From NCBI GenBank assembly GCA_964016885.1, contig OZ024743.1, positions 143,530,001 to 143,594,000 of the forward strand: a DNA stretch of 64,000 nucleotides, read 5' to 3'. Origin of the DNA: Eledone cirrhosa (Eukaryota). Below, one piece after another: positions 48,257-60,163 of this stretch. The first letter of the stretch is position 1, and each line of letters starts with the position of its first letter. Below the pieces are notes generated by a model. It was given only the letters and a program-made list of their open reading frames with translations, searched no databases and was not told the origin of the DNA. The translations under genes were made by a program, and so were the position numbers.

Positions 48257-50281
48257 AAACAAAAACTCTTCTACTAATTCTTTTTTATCAAGGTCTACAA
48301 ACCGTACATAGCAAATTAATTGAGACTTGTTATTATTAATATCCGTAGTTTCGTCCACTTGCAGTCCAAAACATGGGCTTTTCTTTAGTGCAGTTAGTAT
48401 CTGATTTTCTATATCAGAAGAAATATCAATTATCCCTCTTTTTACGGTATTTACTGACAATGGTAACTGGCTTAATTTTTCTTTGTCCTTAATACTGCAG
48501 CTTTCAAAAAGATTCTCTGTAGCAATTTTTATACTTGGCAGAATTAACTGTTCTCCTAATGTAAATGGTTTCTTGTTTTTACCAATCAAATGTGAAATCT
48601 CAAAAGATGTTCTTGTTAAAGCTTTATTTCTATCTGACTTTTTACAAAACAAGTCATACATATTAGCTTGTGATTTTTTAATGTTGTTTTTCAGCGAAGT
48701 AAAGTATTCCAGTGACTTGTTTTTATCATTGGTGTGATTAGTATCAAGGTGTCTTTTAAGTTTTGCAGGATTTAAACAGCTATTTGATAGAACTTTTGAA
48801 CATAGCAAACACATGGGCTGATCTGGTGTATCTTTTTTAGTGTCAGCTTTTTGAAATCCATATCTAACATAATCATCACACCACTGTCTAACCTTACTGC
48901 TGGTATCTAACTTCAGCTTCTTTGCAGTAGACATCATATCAATGTTATTTATCTACAGTTAATATTTTTAATATGACATTAATAAAGAGAAATTAACGGG
49001 TTTTTTTTATTACAAAAAGTACTTAAATTAACTTTAATTTTAGATATTTGGAAAAACTTAACTAGTTAAAAAAAAAAATTTATTTTTAAAAATTGAAATT
49101 TCTCCATTTTAGGATGGCAAACATTATTTAAAGTCTTATAATAATATTAAAATATTAGGGGTTACTGAAAAAGGTGCAAATTTATGAACAACTAGAAGAA
49201 ATTTTTTTCAGAGTCCAGCACTTCCTGCATATACTACTTTAGGGTCGTATTAAATATTATTGGTAATGTAAATATATTTAAATATCCGCCATACTAACAG
49301 GTGCAAAAAATGAAAATCAGCTGATAGTGTAAGATGTGACGATGGTATTGGAAATTAATTCAGATATCTTCTATCTATTTTGACTCAAAGTTAGATATAA
49401 TATAAGAAGGCTTTAGGCTGCGTTAAACATATATTAGATTGGAACAAATAAAGTTTAGTCAAATGTTTGTGGACATATATATTTATTGTATAAAGTAATT
49501 TCTCAATTGTGAATGCAGATGTCATCAAATGAATACATAATTGTGTGGCAAAGTTTATAGTGTATGCATGGAATACAAAATTACCTTTGTTAGTAGTCAA
49601 AACTTTACAGGCGTTATATTTTCTGTGCAAAGTACAACAGAATGTAACGTGTTCTTATTTAGAATTGTCTGTGGAACTGGATGCATGTTGAAAACGACTA
49701 GTAAGCGAGTTCACTCAGTGAGGAAACTTTAGACGACTTTAAAGCTTTTGTGAGGGCAGCAGATTAAAACGTGTTCTCTATTGAAAACATTCTACTGAAC
49801 TTACGTTGTGAGAACAGCGAACTGACCCTGCCTCTTGGCTGAGAGACCTCGCTGAACTGAAGTTTTCAGTTTAAAGTTATGCTGTCATCGACCAACATTT
49901 ACTTGTTCGTGATTGGTCAATTTCTAAGTTCAATTAGTGTATTATGAGTAGTAGTCAAATCCTCGGAATTCAGAAAACTATGTCTTTCCAAGAATTGATG
50001 TGAAATTGAAAGTATTCAATTTCCACGAATCTCAGAACAGTGTTTTTCTGCTAATTCAAGTGAGAAACTGAAAGTAGTGTTTTCGACGAATTGGAATGGA
50101 GAACCTGTGTACACTACAATAGTACTCGTTCATTTATACATTGCACCTTTGGCATTTTCTTTGCACCTTTTTCAGAAAACCCAAAATATTAATGGTAATG
50201 TAAATATTTATTTTTTTAAGGAACCCGGAGTTTGTTTTACGGAACCCCAAGGTTCCGCGGAACCCATGTTGGCGACCACTG
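48253..50281 (-). mobile_element. hAT (Charlie/Buster-type) DNA transposon, 5' half
   Basis: ORF 48191-48937: BED finger CLLC..H...H and DETTD; TIR CAGTGGTCGCCAAC at 50281 with GGAACCC subterminal repeats; broken at a (CT)n tract. Confidence 0.82.
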
Positions 50282-50810
50282 AAGTAATGGATCCTCCAGT
50301 GATTTTGACAATGAAAATTCGATCAACTGAATGTCTTACTCGTGAAATTAACGTGTAATTGGCTGAGTATTCTTCAGACACGTATCTTTAATATAATTAA
50401 TCTAGGCTTTGAATTACAGGTGTAATCCATCCGATGGGCTTCCACATAGTTTCTGTTTAAACAATTTCATTCATAGGCTCAGGTCTTTGCAACACTACGG
50501 TAATAGACACTTACCCAAGATATCACCTAGTGGAATCGAATTCAGAGCCTCGTAATTGTTTTAAACGTACATTTTAACCGCCCAGCTATGCCTGCATCCA
50601 CAACTACCAGACCTGTCAACTCTCCCCGTCGGATGGGGAGATCTCCTACCCACTTTGGGTGAAAATGGGTATAGCTTTTATTATGTAAAATCTCCCCATT
50701 TTGCCTCATTTCTCCCCTTTTTTTCATGGTACTCCTCGTTTGGGTCCTTAGGGGTTGGCATGGGTCTGAACTACTGGGTGATGGATATATCGACCATACA
50801 TTCCATGTAA

Positions 50811-51120
50811 AGGTGTGTGGCTTAGTGTTTAGGATAGTCAACTTATGATCGTATGTCATGAGGTCGATTCTCTGTGACATGTGTCCTTAAGCAAGACACT
50901 TTATTTCACGTGGCTCCATGTCACTCAGTCGGTAAAAATGAGTTGTGCCTGTATTTCAAAGAGCCAACCTTACCACACACTGTCACACGCCGAATCCTCC
51001 CGAAAACTACGTTAAGGGTGTACTTGTCTATGGAAGGCTCAACCATTTGCACGCTTATTTGATGAGCAGGCCGTTCTGTTGTCCGAATGACTGGAACATT
51101 CATCGCCGAAACTGACTAGG
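50811..51120 (+). mobile_element. tRNA-derived SINE
   Basis: Same family as 19537-19711. Confidence 0.7.
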
Positions 51121-51269
51121 TTCATTGCACCTTCTCTGACATTCGTATCTTTATTAGTAATCCTTATTAGACACTATATTTAAACAAGCAGTGTAGACTG
51201 GGTACGAGGTAAATCCTCTGTTAGCAAAATTTGAAATATGGTTTCGATTCTAGATTGAATGTAATTCAC

Positions 51270-51510
51270 AAACCCGAGCACTACTGCTCGTAACGCAGAG
51301 GAGCGGAAGATAACCAAGTACCAGGACTTGACGACCGCTTCCTTTTCGGTCCCCTAACTGCTGTTTTCTTCTACAAAAATTGAGAGGAATACATCCCGCC
51401 CGAGGAAGGGGTCACATAAGTGAAGTGGTTGATGGAGCGGGTGTCGGTGGTTTTTATACGCGTGGTGCAACAGATATTTCACCTTAGCAGAGGTATAGAA
51501 TCTTCCACTC
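51270..51510 (+). pseudogene. CRE-like restriction-like endonuclease relic (second relic at 63830-64000)
   Basis: AEERKITKYQDL; ESKLSKYRSL..IAVEISG. Confidence 0.45.
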
Positions 51511-54500
51511 CCCTTTCCACTTTTTATTATTCAATGTTTCGTGTTTTATTGCAAACATTATATAATTTAATTGAAATTTGTTGAATAAATTCATTGATGT
51601 CTTTAAGAAATGAAAACGTCAAGCACAATGAATCCGTGACTTTATATTTAAGCAAGAGTCCGTTATTAACGACAAAACTACGGAGATGAGAGATGACCAA
51701 GTGAAATGAAACTAGTTCAGCTGGTTATCAAAAACCAAAACAGATCATAAACTCTGTTTACTAAGAGATTAGTTTTTATTTATACTAAATATACATTTAA
51801 GGTGGTGAATTGGCCGAGTCCTTAAGACGTTAGTTAGAATGCTTCGTGATAGTCGATTATGCTTTTTATGCTCTGAGTTCATATCACGCCGAGATGAACT
51901 TTGCCTTTCCTACTTTCGAGGTCGATAAAGTAACAATCCGCATGAATTGTTAAAGCGTTCCGTGATATACTTTGCAATAACTTTTCCGGCTTTACGTTCT
52001 AAGTTCAAATCCTGTCTCCTGTCACCAGAAATGGGATAAAACGAAATTAAATAGCTTTAACTTGAACTACAAACCCTGCGTTCGGTTCACCTCGTGCTTA
52101 CACCTACACTATGGTATTAACAAATTTAAAATATATTTATTGCTACCCCTCCCATTCTCACATACACACATACACAAATACACACAAATGGTTTCTAACA
52201 ATGTAGTTTTACATTTTTTTAAAAGGAAGGTTTCTATGTTCTTTGTTCATTGTGATAGGGGAAGTAGGAAAAAAAACCAATCCCTTAAAGCTGAAAGGAT
52301 AATGTTAGATAACTGGTCTTAAAGATATATAATTATATACAAGGGGGCAAATGAACTTAACAACAAAAAGTACGGTTATTTACAAGTGAAGTCAGGTATT
52401 AGCAGATGGTGTTGATGGAGATGGGATAATGGTGAAAACATCAACACACACAGACACCCACTTGTTTTTTTATTTGTATATTTCAATTCTATTGCTTCTA
52501 CTTAACCGCATAAATGTTACCTTCATTGGTGACATCGCAGCTGCTTGTTGTTATATAAGTCTAGATCGACCTTGAGGGAACAAACCTATGGCACCTAAAC
52601 AGTCGGCCAAACAGCTAACTAAATGCGGCTCGCTGATCAAAATCGCATATGCGACGAATTCTCATTTCAACCGTGACCATCGCGTCTACATTTCTGGCAT
52701 ATCATAACCAAGAAGCACCCATCTCGTAGTCCAGCCATTAAATAATAATAATAATAATGATTTCTACTATAGACACAAGGACAGCAATTTGGGGAAGGGG
52801 AAAGTCAATTAAATCGAACCTAGTACTTACTGGTACTTTATTTTATCGACCCCGTAAGGATGAAAGGCAAAGCTAATAATAAACAGTAATTAAGGACTTG
52901 GCAGGACATTTAGCTGCTATTTCTAGCAGCTCAAGAAGCTATTCAGGGGACGCTTTAGTTTGAAATTGCAGCTGGTAGTTTAGATAATGTCAGCTTGCCA
53001 GTGAACGGGTTAATTCGTTAAAGTTGAAACATTTTGACTGACATTGAATCTTTAAATGTAAACCATTACGAATTTGAAGAATTTGAAAGGAATTTTAAGT
53101 ATTTCGATATGATGTATGAGAAAAGGAAGGTCTCATTTCGAATTTTTTTAACCCCACTGCAACGGAGTAGCACTCCACCCAGGGAAGAGTCTTGTATTCT
53201 CAGTCGTTTAACGCCCATGAAACCGGAATATACACCAGGCCTTGTCCAATCTGTGTAAACATGGAAAAAAACCGACGTTAAACGATAATTCCTATTCAAA
53301 CTATTCTTTTTCTTTTTTTTTTTAACGAAAAACAGTAGTAGTAGCAAAAAGTGAAACGAAATGATTTGAAAAGAGAGGCAAAATCAGGCTGTGACTAAAC
53401 TCACCGAAAACCTCTTTGACCCTTCCCCCTATGTAGAACTGCAATTTTCTAAAATACAAGGTAGCTAATAATTGTTTCTACTTTAGGCACAAGGCCAGCA
53501 ATTATCCCAGTGCACTGCTGGTTCTTTATTTTATCGACCCCGTAAGGATGAAAGGTAAAGTCAACCTCGGCGGGATTTGAACTCAGATCGTAAAGGGACG
53601 TAACTATGCTAATTTTTAACTTAGACACACAAGGTCGTTATATAGAACACTCCCGCCCATTAGTACTTGACAGGCAGGATGAAAGGCAAAGTTGACCTCA
53701 GCGATATTTGAACTCAGAACATAAAAAGTCGCAACAAATATCACAGGACATTCTTCTTAACTCACTCGTCTCTAGTTCTCTCATTCTCCAAACCCCGACT
53801 AACCACTATACCCAGCCAGGTAGTTCTCTCCAGAACATCAGCCCTCTGGATATCCTTTTTTGTCCATGTCTTTCTAAAATAAATAAAACATTCAACAGTT
53901 TAAGCATAATATACGGCATCGATATCTTGGTTCTCTTCGGGCTTCAGAAGGCCATGGGTAGTGTCCTTTCCTACAGGCTTACAAAATACGAAGGAAAAAT
54001 GTCCGACGCTTTAACGATTTTTCCAGGGCATGATTAATGTTTAAGTCAACAAATATTTTTATTGATAGCTCCCATTTTCCACTTTATATAATGATTTCTT
54101 ATTCAGGCACAAAGCCTGCAATTTAGGGGATGGGTTAGGTCGATTAAATGGACCTCACTACTTGAATTCAGAACGTAAAGAGCCGGAATAAATACTGCTA
54201 AGCATTTGTCCGACGCTCTAACGATCCTGCCAATCTACTTATGGCGGCGGATTAACGATTATGTCTAAGTCAACAAATATTTTCATTGACAGCTCACGAC
54301 ATTTTTTTTTTTACGTAATGCTTTCTGATATTTCATTGTTAAACTTGAGATGAAAGAGCTCCCATACCTAGAGAACTGGACTTCCTTCCTAGTCATATAT
54401 AATCAACAAACTGACTATGAAAGGAGCAGTGTTTGTGTTACTCCAAATAAATTAGTGATGGAATAAAGAGATATCTTAAGGTTATTTACCATAAAGGCTT

Positions 54501-55402
54501 TCCTCTCTCTCTCTCGCCCCCCTGTTTTTCTTTCATAATTATTATTTGCTTGCCGTTCATGATATCTACTATTTCCTCCGATTTTCAAAACATTTATTTT
54601 TTGAAGACCGTTCCTATAAATTTCATCTCATTAACATTTATTTCCGTCCTACTTCTTCCCCTCTCTCTTTCTAACTCAACTTTATTTTTAGCTGTTATAG
54701 CCCTTAACTTCCTCTTCTCTCTATTCCTCTTTCATACTTTCTCCTTCTCCCTCTCTTTACTTTCTCTCTCTCCACTGCTCCTTCGTCTTTTCTCATTCTT
54801 TACTCTCCCACCTTATTCAGTCATTATTCTCTCTTTTTATTTTTCTCTCTTTCCACTGTTCCTTTGTCTTCTGCTATTTTTCACTCTCCTATCTTGTTCA
54901 GTCGCTATTCGCCCCCCCCCCCCCCCTCCCACATTCTTTATGTCCATTTCTCACTCTCGTTTACTCTCTGTCTCTCTCACACATTCTTTGCTTCTCTCTC
55001 TTCCAACATCGCCCCCCCTCCTCCATTGACTTCCCAATGCTTAGATGACTCTACTCTATTATACTCTATACGGGAGTGTTTGTTTCCACATGACTTACAT
55101 TCATATTAGTGCAAAACAAACCGCAAGAGATATCCTACTTCCTAAACGACAGCTTCTTATGAATTGCTTTTTTCCTTTAAAACTTTCCGAATTCTTTGTC
55201 AAAACATTTTAACTTCGAACTCTTAATATTTCACCTTTTCCTCTGCCTCCGTTTCTCTCATATCCTCTCCACCTCCATCTCACAATGTTTTCGCGTGAGT
55301 ATGTATATGTGTACATCAGTATGGGATCTTTTTGTATGAATACGTTTATATATGCACTTCATGCATGCACACACGCATATATATAATGTGTGCGTATATA
55401 TA

Positions 55403-55434
<32 letters not shown>

Positions 55435-55593
55435 ACCTGTCACATGGTCGGGTCGTCGACGACTAAACAGGCTATCCCACCAAGGGTTGACATTGGTGCC
55501 CTGCGGTATGAAAAGCAAAACTCGAAAAAAGAGCGAAGGAACTCATGAGTGTCAATGTATATATGTGTATATGTATGTATGTATATATATATG

Positions 55594-55650
<57 letters not shown>

Positions 55651-55654
<4 letters not shown>

Positions 55655-56310
55655 TAAATCATGTCCTTAGAATTATTAGATAAAATATATACTATTTCCT
55701 CTTCCAGTTAGCATAATTAACCATATAAAAAATCAATTAGACCAAGCTATAAGAAGAAAGGCTCTTATGAAGAAATCTCCGACAAATAACCGAAAGTGGC
55801 CTCTTCGCGGTGGCCCAATAGAGTATTTATCCAACATTTCGACAGCATGTAGAAACTGACTAAATATACCATCAACCATACACAATTAGGTGTAAAATTA
55901 AACTTAGAAGAAATGTGTACATACCATAATTACGGTGTGTACACATTTCTTCTAAGTTTAATTTTACACCTAATTGTGTATGGTTGATGGTATATTTAGT
56001 CAGTTTCTACATGCTGTCGAAATGTTGGATAAATACTCTATTGGGCCACCGCGAAGAGGCCACTTTCGGTTATTTGTCGGAGATTTCTTCATAAGAGCCT
56101 TTCTTCTTATAGCTTGGTCTAATTGATTTTTTATATGGTTAATTATGCTAATTGGAAGAGGAAATAGTATATATTTTATCTAATAATTCTAAGGACATGA
56201 TTTATGATATATTGCTCTGATTATTTAATTTATTAATTCTTCATAGAGCCTAAAAGTGACCGGTTGCAGCATATATATCTATAACTTTATGTATATGTAA
56301 ACCTTTATAT
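55651..56310. repeat. Foldback with ~280-bp near-perfect arms
   Basis: Apex ~55930. Confidence 0.85.
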
Positions 56311-56389
56311 ATATATATATATATATATATAGTAATGATAAATGTGAAGACTAAAATCTGAAGAGGGCTCGATAAGGTTTATATATATA

Positions 56390-57068
56390 CTAGCAGAATG
56401 GCCCGGCGTTGCTCGGGATTCTAAACATAGATTGGCATGTTTATCCCTCCTTTCCAAAACAGTACAGAGAAGTACGGAATACCTCGGCCTGGGGATGGTG
56501 TCTACATTTTGTGCTTATAAAAATAATTCGTCGTAGATTACCAAGGGTTTAACTTAATTGGGTGCCTGAGAGTAAAATGTTCAACCCACGAAAGCCAAGA
56601 TGATAGGGTTAAGTAAAAAGGCATTCGACAAACCGAACATGTATTTGTTGTGCTATGGTACAATGAAAGCAATAGTTACAGAGCAGTAAGCATGTGGGAC
56701 TGCAGTGGCGGAGAGTGGTGTGGTTTTACTCCTTTCAATATTTCGTCGTATGTTCACCAATTGATGCAGAAGTCCTTTAAAAGCATGTAATTGCGTTCCC
56801 TCTCTTTTTTTGTTGTTCTTTTTGCTGCTGTTGGTGTGATAGCAGCCGTTGGTCGTACTACTAACACAGTCTCGTCCTTCTTCAGCCAATCGTGTATATC
56901 CCATTCTGCCTCGTCTACCTAAAAAATGATTGTAGCACCTCCTTGTACGCAATGTTAGATTAAACTTTAAGCAAAGAATCGCTGCTTTCACCCTTAACGG
57001 GATCTTCTGAAACTAAAAGAATCAATCTGTGAACGCAGCAGTAAATATTTCGAAAAAACGTTACACAC

Positions 57069-57102
<34 letters not shown>

Positions 57103-57365
57103 TAATGTCGTAATGCAGACAGTCAGACATACAGACAGATATTATAAGGACGCGACGTTGTTGCGATGTATCTATCTAAAAAGACAGACTAAGAAAGTCA
57201 GAAAGAGATCGCTAAATCGCCTAATGCGGTCCCTAGTGCATTTTCCTCAAAAACACTCACACGACCGTAAGTATTACATGAGTAAAGTTTTGAAAAAATC
57301 GGTTGGGTGGTTCTCGAGTTTTAGGGAGTCAGACAGTCAGACATTCTCTGTTTTAGATATATAGA
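56390..57365 (-). mobile_element. Non-autonomous Helitron (Lep1-like)
   Basis: 5' A|TC at 57365; 3' hairpin CCCGAGCAACGCCGGG then CTAG|T at 56390. Confidence 0.75.
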
Positions 57366-57477
57366 TAATATATATATAAAAACCCAGAGGATCCCGTTAA
57401 GGATGAAAGCAGCGATTCTTTGCTTAAACTTTAATCTATTCTTATAATGAATATATATATATATATATATATATATT

Positions 57478-57797
57478 CAAGTTAGCAACGAGGAAGTGAT
57501 GAGGAGGTCAGGATTGGAGAGGTTAAGGGACATTGTCCGGAAAAGGAGACGGCGGTTCGCGGGCCACATCCTTCGTTTGCCGGCAGATCGACCTGCTCAT
57601 ATTGCAATGGATTGGGTACCAGAAGGTGGCAGGAGAGAACGGGGAAGACCACGAAAAACATGGCAGAGCACATTCAGGGAGGACCTGCGGGAGATGGGAA
57701 TTACCTGGAGAGGTGCTAGAAGGGCCGCCAGTGACAGGATCAAGTGGAGGAAGATCGTCGCCCAATGTTCCATAGGGGACTGGAGGAACTAAGACTA

Positions 57798-57800
<3 letters not shown>
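57478..57800 (+). mobile_element. RTE LINE 3' fragment (separate family)
   Basis: RRRRFAGHILR..RGRPRKTW; ACTAAG repeat tail. Confidence 0.82.
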
Positions 57801-57867
<67 letters not shown>

Positions 57868-58052
57868 TATAGAAATGGCTTCTACAGGACTAGAACTGTT
57901 TCATTCGGGAGAAATCATCAGCGCTTCCTGGTGATTTCTACCGAATGAAACAGTTCTAGTCCTGTAGAAGCCATTTCTATATTAAATATTTGTACTCTGC
58001 TATGTATTGAGTACCTTACTTACTGTGGTTACTCCCGATTGAACCCGGGAAA

Positions 58053-58058
<6 letters not shown>
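57868..58058 (+). repeat. Foldback element with HHR (family also at 39833-39950)
   Basis: gcttc CTG(G/A)TGA t ttc tacc gaa t GAAA cag ttctagtc ctg TA gaagc at 57923-57971. Confidence 0.78.
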
Positions 58059-58094
<36 letters not shown>

Positions 58095-58100
<6 letters not shown>

Positions 58101-58312
58101 AGAAATGTAAGCTATCGCCGTATTTTGACTAAAAAAATTAAAGAAATTATTTAGCCTGATAGTGGGGTTAAGAACCCTCCATTTCTCCGAGGGTTCTTAA
58201 CCCCACTATCAGGCTAAATAATTTCTTTAATTTCTTTAGTCAAAATACGGCGATAGCTTACATTTCTAATAATTTCAAACCAACTCGCTGTTTCGAAAAT
58301 ATCCTTACTTGA
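58095..58312. repeat. Foldback with ~85-bp arms, no HHR seen
   Basis: Apex ~58184. Confidence 0.75.
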
Positions 58313-58328
58313 TATATATATATATATA

Positions 58329-59558
58329 TTTTGGATTTAATGCTCTGAAATAGCGATATATATGTGAAGACAAACATAGAATATTCGAAAATATTCTGTA
58401 TGTTTATAATAAACATTTTGAAGACCCAATCGCTATAGAATAGAATACGTCACGTATTACAATTTGAGATTCTCGATAAAAGCAAGGGAAGTAACCTACG
58501 CGTTTCATTCTTATTAGAAATCATCAGGATTACATATCCAATGCTTTTATCGAGAATGACACAGCTAGAGACTTATAGAATACTTAGCTGTGTACAGGAA
58601 CTGGTTTGAAAGAGCGGTAGCCGGTCCGGCAGAAATTAGAATTTGGATTTAATGCTCTGAAATAGCGATATATATGTGAAGACAAACATAGAATATTCGA
58701 AAATATTCTGTATGTTTATAATAAACATTTTGAAGACCCAATCGCTATAGAATAGAATACGTCACGTATGTAATCCTGATGATTTCTAATAAGAATGAAA
58801 CGCGTAGGTTACTTCCCTTGCTTTTATCGAGAATCTCAAATTGTAATACGTGACGTATTCTATTCTATAGCGATTGGGTCTTCAAAATGTTTATTATAAA
58901 CATACAGAATATTTTCGAATATTCTATGTTTGTCTTCACATATATATCGCTATTTCAGAGCATTAAATCCAAATTCTAATTTCTGCCGGACCGGCTACCG
59001 CTCTTTCAAACCAGTTCCTGTACACAGCTAAGTATTCTATAAGTCTCTAGCTGTGTCATTCTCGATAAAAGCATTGGATATGTAATCCTGATGATTTCTA
59101 ATAAGAATGAAACGCGTAGGTTACTTCCCTTGCTTTTATCGAGAATCTCAAATTCTAATACGTGACGTATTCTATTCTATAGCGATTGGGTCTTCAAAAT
59201 GTTTATTATAAACATACAGAATATTTTCGAATATTCTATGTTTGTCTTCACATATATATCGCTATTTCAGAGCATTAAATCCAAATTCTAATTTCTGCCG
59301 GACCGGCTACCGCTCTTTCAAACCAGTTCCTGTACACAGCTAAGTATTCTATAAGTCTCTAGCTGTGTCATTCTCGATAAAAGCATTGGATATGTAATCC
59401 TGATGATTTCTAATAAGAATGAAACGCGTAGGTTACTTCCCTTGCTTTTATCGAGAATCTCAAATTGTAATACGTGACGTATTCTATTCTATAACGATTG
59501 GGTCTTCAAAATGTTTATTATATACATACAGAATATTTTCGAATATTCTATGTTTGTC

Positions 59559-59562
<4 letters not shown>
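58329..59562 (+). mobile_element. Hammerhead-containing 312-bp tandem repeat (retrozyme-like) with an inverted arm
   Basis: HHRs start at 58770, 59082 and 59394 (+) and span 58491-58533 (-). Confidence 0.88.
58770..58812 (+). ncRNA. Type I minimal hammerhead ribozyme
   Basis: gtaatc CTGATGA t ttct aata agaa t GAAA cgcg TA ggttac. Confidence 0.9.
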
Positions 59563-59631
<69 letters not shown>

Positions 59632-59973
59632 GATATTAATAAATGGAAACTATATTTATAAAACCATATCTATTTCATCATACATATTTCAGGGATACCA
59701 AATTAAATTATGGTATGCCTTAATCAGACAAAATACAATATATAACAGTTTTACAAATAAGCTTAGACGTACGCTTTGGCTTCCAAAAATAATGGTCGCA
59801 TTTTAAAAGGGTACGTCAAAGCTTATTTGTAAAACTGTTATATATTGTATTTTGTCTGATGAAGGCATACCATAATTTAATTTGGTATCCCTGAAATATC
59901 TTCTCCGTTTTTTCTTTGCTTGTTTCCTTAAAGTTGACCATCATTCCGTTGGTATACCTCAATTACGCAATTT

Positions 59974-60031
59974 ACACCTGAAGATGTCATCGGGTTATTA
60001 CGCAACCTGGTCACTGAAATGCGCATAGTGT
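59974..60031 (+). ncRNA. Type I hammerhead ribozyme
   Basis: acac CTGAAGA [imperfect stem II] GAAA tgcgca TA gtgt; palindromic stem III ATGCGCAT. Confidence 0.7.
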
Positions 60032-60087
60032 TTGCAGAAATAAATAATTAAGGAAATACAACATATTTGGCCTCGTGTCATTCCACT

Positions 60088-60159
<72 letters not shown>

Positions 60160-60163
<4 letters not shown>

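Noticed and set aside
48191-48937. Domesticated ZBED/SCAND3-like host gene
   Set aside because: Truncated at a (CT)n tract and retains a transposon TIR upstream.
54550-55109. Hydrophobic 159-aa ORF
   Set aside because: CT-rich low-complexity sequence.
58329-59562. CRISPR-like array
   Set aside because: Whole units are identical with no unique spacers, and the context is eukaryotic.
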